Source: a bacterium (lineage in GTDB: Archaea; Nanobdellota; Nanobdellia; Pacearchaeales; GW2011-AR1). From it: DNA of 64,000 nt. The notes under the pieces were generated by a model that ran no database searches, was not told the DNA's origin, and saw nothing but the letters and a program-made list of their open reading frames with translations. The translations under genes and the position numbers were made by a program. Location: assembly GCA_036787775.1 (NCBI GenBank), contig DAIQOR010000001.1, forward strand, positions 183,286-247,285. The letters run 5' to 3'. Below are positions 29,847 through 38,424 of the stretch, piece after piece. Positions within the stretch are counted from its first letter, which is position 1, and every line of letters starts with the position of its first letter.

Positions 29847-30448
29847 AATTAAAAAAAATAAAAAAACAAAATAAAAAAGCAGTCAGCCCGATGATAGCAT
29901 ACATACTCCTCGTCGTCGGAGCAATCGCAATGGGCGGACTCGTTTATCAATGGATGAAATCATATGTCCCAGCCGACGAAGTAAAATGCGACGACGGAGT
30001 CTCAGTCTTAATTGAAAGTGCAAATTGCGTGGGAAGCCTCCAAGCAGGATATAGTTTAGAATTAGAAATAAAAAACAACGGAAGATTCAGCATTGCAGGA
30101 GTTTATGTCAAAGCAACGAAAGATACGGAAGCAAAAATAGCTACAGTGGATTTGACAGACAATGAAAATGGAATTTATTTTTATGGAACATCAGGGGGAG
30201 TTCCACCAGCAACTAAAACAAATTCTTTTCCAACCACTGATTTGGAGAATATTTTAAGTATTAATTTCCCTCCATTAATGATTCCCACAGATGAGAAGAA
30301 AGGAATTCCAAATCCAACAGATGGTTTCTATGTGGAAGTCACACCAATGCAATATAAAGTGGTAAATAACAAAAACACCGAGGCATTTTGCGGAAGTGCA
30401 CAAGTTCGAAGTTTGGTTGTGTGTGAAGATTCTTCTACAGCTTCTTAA
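29843..30448 (+). CDS. archaeal type IV pilin (DUF361-type class III signal peptide)
   Basis: It has KKAVSPMIAYILLVVGAIAMGGLVYQW, the classic archaeal pilin N-terminus. Confidence 0.7.
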   Translation: MKLKKIKKQNKKAVSPMIAYILLVVGAIAMGGLVYQWMKSYVPADEVKCDDGVSVLIESANCVGSLQAGYSLELEIKNNGRFSIAGVYVKATKDTEAKIATVDLTDNENGIYFYGTSGGVPPATKTNSFPTTDLENILSINFPPLMIPTDEKKGIPNPTDGFYVEVTPMQYKVVNNKNTEAFCGSAQVRSLVVCEDSSTAS

Positions 30449-30500
30449 GAAAAAAATAGAGTATAGAAATCTTTAAATAATCCCTTTTGTTAAGAAAAAC

Positions 30501-30716
30501 ATGAGAAGTTACAGTACAAAAACAACTACATATGAAGTTTTCAATGCAAAAATGACTATAGATACATCTGCAGATTTATCTCTTTCTGGAAGCAATAATA
30601 TGTGTAAGCCATGCCAATGTAATTGTAGGACTTGTATTGGGGGAAGAGCGCCAGCAGATGAAACTTTTAATGAGGCTGAAATTGAAAATGCATTGGAACA
30701 ACTTTTAGCTGCGTAA
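30501..30716 (+). CDS. Cys-rich small peptide (candidate RiPP precursor or small metal-binding protein)
   Basis: It is a 71-aa ORF with the cluster MCKPCQCNCRTC (30600-30635) followed by an acidic helical tail. It lies immediately upstream of the HExxH and rSAM-SPASM genes. Confidence 0.35.
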   Translation: MRSYSTKTTTYEVFNAKMTIDTSADLSLSGSNNMCKPCQCNCRTCIGGRAPADETFNEAEIENALEQLLAA

Positions 30717-30752
30717 AATTGATGTTTTTCTCTGAAACATTTAATAAAAATT

Positions 30753-31424
30753 ATGGAAAAGAAATTAAATCTAAACTTTTGTAATTTGATATATTCTTCA
30801 GAGGATGTTGAAATTGAAGATGAAAAAAATATTCTAATTAAAGCATATGAAATAAACAAAACATTTGCAAAAATAGAAATTCCAAAATTTGATGTTAGAC
30901 TTATTTATTCAAGAAAAGAATTTAACAAAATTTGGGGGATGGAAACTAAAGATTATATTTCTGCATTTACTAAAGATGATAATATTGGGATTTTTGCCCG
31001 AGGAGTTTTTGAGAAAGAAACTAGATGGGAAAAAGAAGAATTTGAAATAGCATTAATTCATGAAATAAATCATCTTTTTTATCAAGAATTAAGGGATGAT
31101 GAATATGATCCATTATGGTTATCTGAAGGTTTAGCAACATTTATGCAACATGGAAAGAAAAAATTTAATTATAAAGATAAATTAGAAATAAAAAAAGAAA
31201 TTTTAAATCAATCTTTCGAGGAAATGACTTTTGAAAGTTACCAAGTATTTACCTTATTTGTTGAATATTTAATTTTGGAGTTTGGAGAAGATAAAATTTT
31301 AAAATTAATTGAAGGATTAAGTAATGGAGAGGTATTAAATAATCTTTTTCAGGAGTTTTATAAAAAATCTTTTGAAGAATTAATTGAAGATGGAAACAAA
31401 TACCACGAAATTACTCGAAGTTGA
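30753..31424 (+). CDS. HExxH zinc-metallopeptidase-like protein (peptidase MA-like)
   Basis: It has HEINH followed by a downstream SEGLA glutamate motif and no signal peptide. Confidence 0.45.
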   Translation: MEKKLNLNFCNLIYSSEDVEIEDEKNILIKAYEINKTFAKIEIPKFDVRLIYSRKEFNKIWGMETKDYISAFTKDDNIGIFARGVFEKETRWEKEEFEIALIHEINHLFYQELRDDEYDPLWLSEGLATFMQHGKKKFNYKDKLEIKKEILNQSFEEMTFESYQVFTLFVEYLILEFGEDKILKLIEGLSNGEVLNNLFQEFYKKSFEELIEDGNKYHEITRS

Positions 31425-32496
31425 AGATTTTAAGAATGCTTACCAAGAAACAGAGATTCCCCATTGCAAGTATCTAAAAATAAAATCTCCTCTTGCAACG
31501 CAGTTTGAATTAACTTCGGGGTGCAATCAAAAGTGTATTTTTTGTTATAATGTCTGGAAAGGGATTTGTTCAAAACAAGATTCAATTATATTATCCAAAG
31601 AAGAACAATTAGAAGTTATCGATAAACTTATCGAAAATGAAATCTTTGATATTATCTTTTCTGGAGGGGAACCACTTTTAGTAGGCTGGTTAGAAGAGTT
31701 AATTGAAAAATGTTCAAAAGCAAAAATGTACACAACAATAATCACCAATGCTGTTTTAATGGATAAAGAACGGGCAAAAAGTCTCAAGGAAGCCGGGCTA
31801 AATGATTTGCAAATTTCAATCCATCACTATAAAGCTAAAATAAATGATAAATTAACCAATCTTCCCGGGTCTTTTGATGAAACAATTAAAGGAATAAAAA
31901 ATTCTTTGGAAATATTTGGAGTTGAAAATATAAATATTAATATGGTTGCCTTGCCTGAGACATATAAGGACGTTTACAAAATGGCTAAATTTTTGCATTC
32001 AATCGGAATTAGTTCATTTAGTGTTGGCACCCCTTCTGCAACGGGGGAAATGAAAAAGAATAAAAATTTAGTTATAAATAAAAAAATGTTTTTAGAAATT
32101 TATAGTCAATTAAGGAGGACAAAAAAAGATTTTAATATGCATGTTGGTTTTTCTGGAGGATTTCCCCTTTGTATACTTCCTGAGATTAATGAAGATGTTT
32201 TATTGATGGTTGGAAATTATTGTGATGCAGGTTTAAATCAAATCATTATTGGTCCAAGTGGCGAGTTAAGACCTTGTGTTTGTCTTGGAGAAAATTTAGG
32301 AAATATATTAAAAGATGATCTAAAAGAAATCTGGAGTAAAAATAATTTTTTGTTAAATATTCGAGAAATGAAATTTGTTCCCAAGGAATGTAGAGGATGT
32401 CAATATATTTCAATTTGTAGAGGGGGATGTCGTGCATCTGCCCAAGGATATTTCGGAAAATTAAATGCAATCGATCCCTTAATGGAAAATGAATAA
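31384..32496 (+). CDS. radical SAM enzyme with C-terminal SPASM domain
   Basis: CX3CX2C (CNQKCIFC) is at 31522-31545. It has a GGEPLL SAM motif and a C-terminal Cys-rich SPASM pattern (C..C....ECRGCQYISICRGGC). Confidence 0.8.
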   Translation: MKMETNTTKLLEVEDFKNAYQETEIPHCKYLKIKSPLATQFELTSGCNQKCIFCYNVWKGICSKQDSIILSKEEQLEVIDKLIENEIFDIIFSGGEPLLVGWLEELIEKCSKAKMYTTIITNAVLMDKERAKSLKEAGLNDLQISIHHYKAKINDKLTNLPGSFDETIKGIKNSLEIFGVENININMVALPETYKDVYKMAKFLHSIGISSFSVGTPSATGEMKKNKNLVINKKMFLEIYSQLRRTKKDFNMHVGFSGGFPLCILPEINEDVLLMVGNYCDAGLNQIIIGPSGELRPCVCLGENLGNILKDDLKEIWSKNNFLLNIREMKFVPKECRGCQYISICRGGCRASAQGYFGKLNAIDPLMENE

Positions 32497-32746
32497 AGAC
32501 TTTATAATATTTAAAAATCCTAATTTAAGATTTAGGCAAGAGGATTTTGGAGGGGTTGCAAAACTTAAATTAAAAACTTTAATTCTCAATAGACAGCAAT
32601 ATAAATTAATTACTGGGATAAAAAAATTTTTAGTTTACAATAAATTAGGAGATTCAGAAAGAAAAATTGCAGATAAGCTAATTGAGAGGGATATTTTTCT
32701 AAAAATTGATTTAACTCGGGCAAGAGAATTAGGATTTAAGGATTAG
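32489..32746 (+). CDS. PqqD-like small protein (possible RiPP recognition element)
   Basis: It is 85 aa. The PNLRFRQEDFGG..L..LILN...Y.LI pattern resembles PqqD/RRE. It overlaps the rSAM stop. Confidence 0.35.
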   Translation: MNKDFIIFKNPNLRFRQEDFGGVAKLKLKTLILNRQQYKLITGIKKFLVYNKLGDSERKIADKLIERDIFLKIDLTRARELGFKD

Positions 32747-32824
32747 GAATAACGATTTTTCAAGAGAGAAATTACCTCCTTATTAATCCAAAGAATTTAA
32801 AAATAACAAACTCATCATTATAAC

Positions 32825-33271
32825 ATGAAAAAGAAAAGAGGTTTATCTCCGGTCATCGCAACAGTTCTATTAATCGCCATGGTCGTCGTCATAGGAATGA
32901 TAGTTTTTTTATGGTTCCGAGGAATGAGCCCAGAAGCAATAATGAAATTCGGAGAAAACATCGAACTCGCTTGCAACAAAATAAATCTCGAAGCAAGTTT
33001 CTCTGGCAACAATTTAGTAATCTCGAATTTAGGAAACATCCCAATCTCTGGAATGAAAGTTAAAATTTATGACAGCGAGGGAAATTACGAAAGCAAAGTT
33101 CTTTCAGGATTTAAGCAATTAGATAAAGGTGGAGTTTCAGAATCAGAATTATCTGTGGATGGTGGCACAAAATTGTTCTTAACTCCAGTCCTAACTGGTG
33201 AAACAAAATCCGGAACAAAAGAATACACTTGTAAAAATATTGAATATGAAGTTTTAATAGAAAATGAATAA
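32825..33271 (+). CDS. archaeal type IV pilin (class III signal peptide)
   Basis: It has the textbook N-terminus MKKKRGLSPVIATVLLIAMVVVIGMIVFLW. Confidence 0.8.
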   Translation: MKKKRGLSPVIATVLLIAMVVVIGMIVFLWFRGMSPEAIMKFGENIELACNKINLEASFSGNNLVISNLGNIPISGMKVKIYDSEGNYESKVLSGFKQLDKGGVSESELSVDGGTKLFLTPVLTGETKSGTKEYTCKNIEYEVLIENE

Positions 33272-33815
33272 TAAAGCACTTTCTGGAGTTGTAACAACAG
33301 TAATTATGATTGGCCTCGTCGTCGCGGCAATTTCAATCGTGTGGGTTTTTGTAAATAATTTAGTAACCGATGAAATTGCTGGAGCCGAATCTTGCTTCGA
33401 AGTTTTTGACCAAATAAAAATAGGGGAATATACTTGTATGAAAAAAGGAATTATTCCAGATACTGTTCCTCCAGAATACAAAAATCTTTATTTAAGACTT
33501 TCAATCAAAGTTGGAACTACTGATTTAGAAGAACTTTTAGTTTCTATTGGAGGAACTGAAGAAACAAAAAGTTTTAGATTAACAAAGGAAGGCACAAGTG
33601 AATCTTTTTTAAGTTCAAAAGAAAATGGAGAATATGGAGACAAAGTTTATCTTCCAGAAAAAGAATCGGGTAAAACATATTTTATTGATATGGATACTTT
33701 TTATATTCACAATCCTTACAAAATAGAAATAACCCCCATAGTTGAAGGAGAATCTTGTGATATTGCGGATGTATATTTAGAAATTCCTGAGTGTGATGAT
33801 CTGTATTTCAGTTAA
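33264..33815 (+). CDS. archaeal type IV pilin-like protein
   Basis: Its N-terminus KALSGVVTTVIMIGLVVAAISIVWVF overlaps the previous pilin gene. Confidence 0.6.
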   Translation: MNNKALSGVVTTVIMIGLVVAAISIVWVFVNNLVTDEIAGAESCFEVFDQIKIGEYTCMKKGIIPDTVPPEYKNLYLRLSIKVGTTDLEELLVSIGGTEETKSFRLTKEGTSESFLSSKENGEYGDKVYLPEKESGKTYFIDMDTFYIHNPYKIEITPIVEGESCDIADVYLEIPECDDLYFS

Positions 33816-33821
33816 AAAAAT

Positions 33822-36329
33822 TTATTCAACATATCTAATTATTGTTCCATCTTTTCCAACAGCAATTTCTCCCTCGACACTATACAAAGCATTTCCGGAA
33901 GGGTTTGATATTTCCTCAAAATTATCTCCATGAAGATATAAAATTGTTCCATCAGTTTCATCCTGTTTTCCTCCAACTGCCCAAATTCTTCCTTGTGAAT
34001 CTTCAGAAATTCCATGAACCCAGTAACTTGTAGGAATTGTCTTTTTATTCCAATTATTCCCATCATATTCAAAAATAGCACCATTTCCAGGGTATCCATT
34101 AATTCTTCCTGTTGCAAAACTACCTTCCAAGTCTTCTAACTCTGAACTAACATAACTCTCATCCCAATCTTCTCCTCCATTTTGAGAATTATACAAATAA
34201 GTACTCTTTCCAAACACCCAAACATCATTCGCAGAATTGACTTCAACTTTTCTGTAACTTATATCTGTGAAAATGGAGTAAGTATTCATTTCTTCCATAG
34301 CATTCGGATTAGAAGAAGTAACCCTCGCAATTAAATCATCTGTAGCACCAAACCAAATACCTGTTTCAGCATTTCCATCACAACTCAACCATTGCTCGTT
34401 TCTAACCGTGAGATTTACAAAATTCTCTAGAGTGGTACCATTTGAAGTGTACATTGTATCAAAAACATTAGGAATAATAAACAACCTATTCTCATCTCCA
34501 CAAACATCATTTATATTCGCTGTTGTTGTCAAATAAGTTTCCTTGTGCCAATAATTTCCATTCAAACTATGAATCAAAGTTCCATTTTCTCCCCAAGCAA
34601 AATATGAATTTCCAATTTTTTTAATTCCTGTAAGATTTTCTGTCGTCGGAGAAACCAAGTTCATCCAAGAGCCAGTCAAATAAAAAGGGTCTACATCGCA
34701 ATCATTAGTCACATCATTACAAATATATCCGTCGTCACACCCTGTCACATCACAACCAGAAACAGTATCATCGTCGTCATCTCCAGTAGGATTTATTTCA
34801 CAAACATAATCCACATTACAAAAATAACCCTCTCCACAATCAGGTTCACAAGTTTCAACAACATTTGCATCGCAAAGCAAAGTTTCCAAATTACAAGTAT
34901 AACCTGAATCACATCCAGTCACATCACAACCAACAACAACATTCTCCAAGCAAACTAAACTTTCCAAATCACAACTATAACCTTCTTCACAAGCAGGCTC
35001 GCAAGTCTCAACAACCTCACAAACATTTGTTCCAAGAGTATAAAACCCTTTCTTAGCTAAAGAAGCAAATTCCCATTTCCCCCCGTCGCTGTCATCACAA
35101 TCACCCCCCAAATCACAAGACTCCCCGTAACCATCTAAATCCCCATCAACACAAGAATCACACCCAGTTTCAGTGTAATTATTCAAATCATTGTCACAAG
35201 AATCATCTGATTGAACACACTCTCCGCTTGCATCATAAGCATGCCCGTCGTTATCATCATCCATACACCCCCGAGGTGTCAAAGCATAAAATCCCCGACA
35301 ATCATTATTCGCAATAAAATCAAAACTAAAACTTCCCGCTCCTTTCTTTCCCCAAAACTTACCCCAAGAATTTCTAAATGTAAATCTTTGCAAGTCATCG
35401 TCGTAACCAGTAACCAAAACAGAATGGAAACCAATAATTTCCCCATCAACATTTTCAATAACTCCAACATCGTTTCCATTGTTAGCATTCCATTTAGCAT
35501 TTTTGTAAACAGGCACAGTTAAAACCACATTCGCATCATCAGAAAGTGCCGATTTCAAAGCATCAACATTATAACCCGGAACGTAAAAAAAATCCATCGT
35601 TCCCCATTTCGCCTCGTAAACAAGTTCCTCGTCAGAAGGTTGCGAATCAATCACATTTTTAACATTCTTAGAATATTCCCAAACAGAAAAAGGCACAATC
35701 AATTGATTCATTAAACTATTAAACGCCGCCGAAACATACCACCCCCCTGACAAAGCCTGTTCCAAAGTTTTGTTCCCTTTCCCATTAAATAAAAGATGTG
35801 GCTCACTAAGTCTCTTAATAGAATTAAAATCCCCTAACTCTTCACACAACATCGCCTCTAAAGCAAGAGTTGTCGACTCAGAAACGCAAGTCGGCAAAAT
35901 CCCCTGGTCATGAACTTCCAAACATTCATTAGCAAAATATTCCTCTGCATTCTCTGCACTCTTAGGCAACATCGGAGCCGAATAAACTTTCTGAACTTTA
36001 AAATTTCCAGTTTCAAATTCTGCAGGTGCTTGAGGAGCATCCATAAGACACACAACATTCCCCTCACCAGCATCAAACTCAACACATTTACCGACGCTAC
36101 CAGCTTCAACAGTCAAAGCATCAAATTGAGTATAATCAGAAATATTTGGAGACAATCCTTCAACAACAGGAGTTGGTTCACTCACAGGTTTGTTCTCCGA
36201 ATCAGAATTACCGCAAGAAATCATCGACGCTGCCAAAATAGGAGTCAAAGCAGTCGCTAAAACTTTCCTTCCAGTCTTCTTACCAAACTTCAAAAGCCCA
36301 TCTAAATTCATCACTTTAGAATGAATCAA
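33822..36329 (-). CDS. secreted papain-like (C1 family) cysteine peptidase with Cys-rich repeats and C-terminal propeller-like region
   Basis: It has an N-terminal signal with a Cys at residue 39 (MISCGNS). A QG...C...S Cys region, the His region HSVLVTGYDDD and NSWGKFWGKKG match the papain catalytic triad context. It carries ETCEP.C.EGY.C repeats and DLDGYGE. Confidence 0.6.
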   Translation of the reverse strand: MIHSKVMNLDGLLKFGKKTGRKVLATALTPILAASMISCGNSDSENKPVSEPTPVVEGLSPNISDYTQFDALTVEAGSVGKCVEFDAGEGNVVCLMDAPQAPAEFETGNFKVQKVYSAPMLPKSAENAEEYFANECLEVHDQGILPTCVSESTTLALEAMLCEELGDFNSIKRLSEPHLLFNGKGNKTLEQALSGGWYVSAAFNSLMNQLIVPFSVWEYSKNVKNVIDSQPSDEELVYEAKWGTMDFFYVPGYNVDALKSALSDDANVVLTVPVYKNAKWNANNGNDVGVIENVDGEIIGFHSVLVTGYDDDLQRFTFRNSWGKFWGKKGAGSFSFDFIANNDCRGFYALTPRGCMDDDNDGHAYDASGECVQSDDSCDNDLNNYTETGCDSCVDGDLDGYGESCDLGGDCDDSDGGKWEFASLAKKGFYTLGTNVCEVVETCEPACEEGYSCDLESLVCLENVVVGCDVTGCDSGYTCNLETLLCDANVVETCEPDCGEGYFCNVDYVCEINPTGDDDDDTVSGCDVTGCDDGYICNDVTNDCDVDPFYLTGSWMNLVSPTTENLTGIKKIGNSYFAWGENGTLIHSLNGNYWHKETYLTTTANINDVCGDENRLFIIPNVFDTMYTSNGTTLENFVNLTVRNEQWLSCDGNAETGIWFGATDDLIARVTSSNPNAMEEMNTYSIFTDISYRKVEVNSANDVWVFGKSTYLYNSQNGGEDWDESYVSSELEDLEGSFATGRINGYPGNGAIFEYDGNNWNKKTIPTSYWVHGISEDSQGRIWAVGGKQDETDGTILYLHGDNFEEISNPSGNALYSVEGEIAVGKDGTIIRYVE

Positions 36330-36347
36330 AAGTATTTAAATTTATCG

Positions 36348-37013
36348 TTAGGCGAAACCAACATCAATAGAAATCTTATTACTCAAATAGACACAAGAAC
36401 TATCTACACATTTAGCTTTAGCAGTAGTTGAATCATATCCCTCTGGATAACTCGTACAAGTAGAAGAATCAGAACAAGAAACTCCTGTTCCTACCTCAAC
36501 ATTTCCTTTATTCAAAAAACTTATTTTATGAATTGTCGTCGTCGTCCCAATTTCTTTTTCAGCAGCTTCACTATCCCCTCCAAATTGAAGATCATAATTA
36601 TCATAATCTTTCGTAAAAATAACTCTGTAAGTTTTCCCTGTAAACGCTTCAGTTCTATATTTTATTCCAGCCCCAATATCATTCTCCGCTTGTGGTTCAT
36701 CAGAAACCAACTCACTATATTTATACCTGCTCTCCATTTCAAATCTCAATTCATCCCCCAAAGAATTAACAATCAAACTTCCTTTCTTTATTCCTATTTC
36801 AATAATCTGTTTATTTCCAGGACCGCCCTGAACAACATTAGAAATAATCCCGTCAATCTCTTTTATCATTTCAATCGACTGCGTAATCGTCGCCTTATCT
36901 TGCATTTCCTCAATCCTCGGCTTCGCAACCGCCAACACCGCCGCAATCATCACGAACGCAATCAGCGTATAAACCACAGTCTCAATCCAAACTTGCCCCC
37001 TTTTTTTATTCAT
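36348..37013 (-). CDS. pilin-like protein with class III signal peptide
   Basis: The N-terminus is MNKKRGQVWIETVVYTLIAFVMIAAVLAV. Confidence 0.5.
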   Translation of the reverse strand: MNKKRGQVWIETVVYTLIAFVMIAAVLAVAKPRIEEMQDKATITQSIEMIKEIDGIISNVVQGGPGNKQIIEIGIKKGSLIVNSLGDELRFEMESRYKYSELVSDEPQAENDIGAGIKYRTEAFTGKTYRVIFTKDYDNYDLQFGGDSEAAEKEIGTTTTIHKISFLNKGNVEVGTGVSCSDSSTCTSYPEGYDSTTAKAKCVDSSCVYLSNKISIDVGFA

Positions 37014-37043
37014 ATAAATTATAGAGAAAATTAGTTTATTAAA

Positions 37044-37550
37044 TTATCTCTCGAACCAAGAATATTCTCTAAAAGATTTTTTCAAAGCGCCCTTCTTTTT
37101 ATACCACTCAAAAGATTCTTTAGTCTCCGTGCACAACGAAGCATCTGCAATCAAATCTTCCGCAGTCAAAATTCCAAATCCTTTTTTTCGCCCACCTTTC
37201 GCAGTTTCCAAAACGCACTGACTCGCATTAATTCCCATAAACAAAATATAATCCAAACCCCACTTTTTCAAAATCCCTTCAAGTTTAGTATCTTCAAACC
37301 CGTCCTGCCAAGGTTTAATAACAATTTCCTTTCTTTTCAAATCCGAAAAATATCTTTCCAATTGAGGAATAGTTCGACCTTCCAGAACCATTTCCAAAAC
37401 AGCGACGGGATAATCATTTTTCACACAAGTCTCCAAAACTTCTTCCTGACTTTGAGTTATTAAATTCATTCGAGATTTATCAAGTCCATTACAAAAATAT
37501 TTTTGCATATCTATCAAAACAACTCCAAAATTATCTCGTTTCATGCCCAA
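37044..37550 (-). CDS. isochorismatase-family cysteine hydrolase
   Basis: It has an N-terminal VVLIDMQ and the catalytic Cys in GINASQCV. Confidence 0.7.
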   Translation of the reverse strand: MGMKRDNFGVVLIDMQKYFCNGLDKSRMNLITQSQEEVLETCVKNDYPVAVLEMVLEGRTIPQLERYFSDLKRKEIVIKPWQDGFEDTKLEGILKKWGLDYILFMGINASQCVLETAKGGRKKGFGILTAEDLIADASLCTETKESFEWYKKKGALKKSFREYSWFER

Positions 37551-37639
37551 GTCTCAAAAAGAACACTTATAAATTTTTCTAAAATCAATTTTTTCAAACA
37601 AATACAAAAACTTATAAAATAAAGACAATTCAATAATTC

Positions 37640-37894
37640 ATGGAAGAAGAACAGAAAATTACAATATTAATTGAGCAGGATGAAGATGGACTTTATGTAG
37701 CAACCGTGCCAGATATTCAAGGGTGCCACACTCAGGGAAAATCAGTTTCTGAAGTTCTGGAAAGAATCAAAGAAGCGATTGAAGTTTGCATCGAAGGAGA
37801 TAACGAAGAAGTAAAACCTCTCAAATTTGTGGGCGTTCAACAAATTCCATTTATGCCTTTTAAGACATTAAAGACAAAAGTTATTTCTAATTAA
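37640..37894 (+). CDS. hicB: HicB-family antitoxin
   Basis: YVATVPDIQGCHTQGKSVSEVLERIKEAIEVCIE is typical of UPF0150/HicB. Confidence 0.7.
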   Translation: MEEEQKITILIEQDEDGLYVATVPDIQGCHTQGKSVSEVLERIKEAIEVCIEGDNEEVKPLKFVGVQQIPFMPFKTLKTKVISN

Positions 37895-37895
37895 A

Positions 37896-38120
37896 ATGTC
37901 CAAACTCGCACGAATATCAGGAAAAGATATGTGCAAAATTCTTGAGAAATTGGGTTTTGAAAAAGTTTACGGAAAAGGAAGTCATGTCCGATTTAAACAT
38001 CCCGACGGGAGAAGAACAGTTGTTCCAATTCACGCAAACGAAAAACTTGGAATAGGTTTGATTGGAGAAATATTAAACCAAATAAAAATAACGCGAGAAG
38101 AATACGAAAAATTAATTTGA
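37896..38120 (+). CDS. hicA: HicA-family toxin
   Basis: KGSHVRFKHPDGRRTVVPIH...LGIGLIGEILNQ is typical of YcfA/HicA. Confidence 0.75.
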   Translation: MSKLARISGKDMCKILEKLGFEKVYGKGSHVRFKHPDGRRTVVPIHANEKLGIGLIGEILNQIKITREEYEKLI

Positions 38121-38133
38121 ATGTTTTCTAAAT

Positions 38134-38390
38134 GTAGACCGAGTAGTTAGCTCAAAGAAACCCAACAAGCAACCCTTAATCTTTCTCGGTTCTGCGACCC
38201 GCTAAGCATTTCAATAGCTGTTTAGGGCTGCTCCGATCAAGGCCTGACCCAATTCGCAATTACGAAATCAAAACGGACAAAACGTCAACGTCCGAAAAAG
38301 GACTCACTGGACATCTCATCACGCCCTACTCGTAGTCTGCCTAAAGTCCACTTGCAAACAGCGGAGGACTAACCCGCCAACCTAGTCTAC
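38134..38390 (-). ncRNA. signal recognition particle RNA (7S/SRP RNA) candidate
   Basis: It is a roughly 260-nt ORF-free island with GC about 50% against about 30% background. On the minus strand it reads GGGUCAGGCCUUGAUCGGAGCAGCCC (38224-38250), matching the helix-8 GUCAGG...AGCAGCC core of SRP RNA. The terminal GUAGAC/GUCUAC segments (38385-38390 and 38134-38139) can pair as a closing helix. Confidence 0.5.
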
Positions 38391-38424
38391 AAAATAACAC
38401 AGAATCAAGAGTTTTTAAAATCTT

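Noticed and set aside
30509-30859. 116-aa minus-strand ORF overlapping the Cys-rich peptide gene and the start of the HExxH gene
   Set aside because: It is antisense to two co-directional genes in a tightly packed operon. It has low-complexity Ser/Phe-rich composition and no motif. It is most likely a shadow ORF.
38121-38420. RNase P RNA assignment for the GC-rich island
   Set aside because: Only a weak AAAGUCC-like stretch was found. The CR-II and CR-IV consensus blocks (GGUGAAA, ACAGNAACCCGGCUUA) are absent, and the SRP helix-8 core matches much better on the opposite strand.
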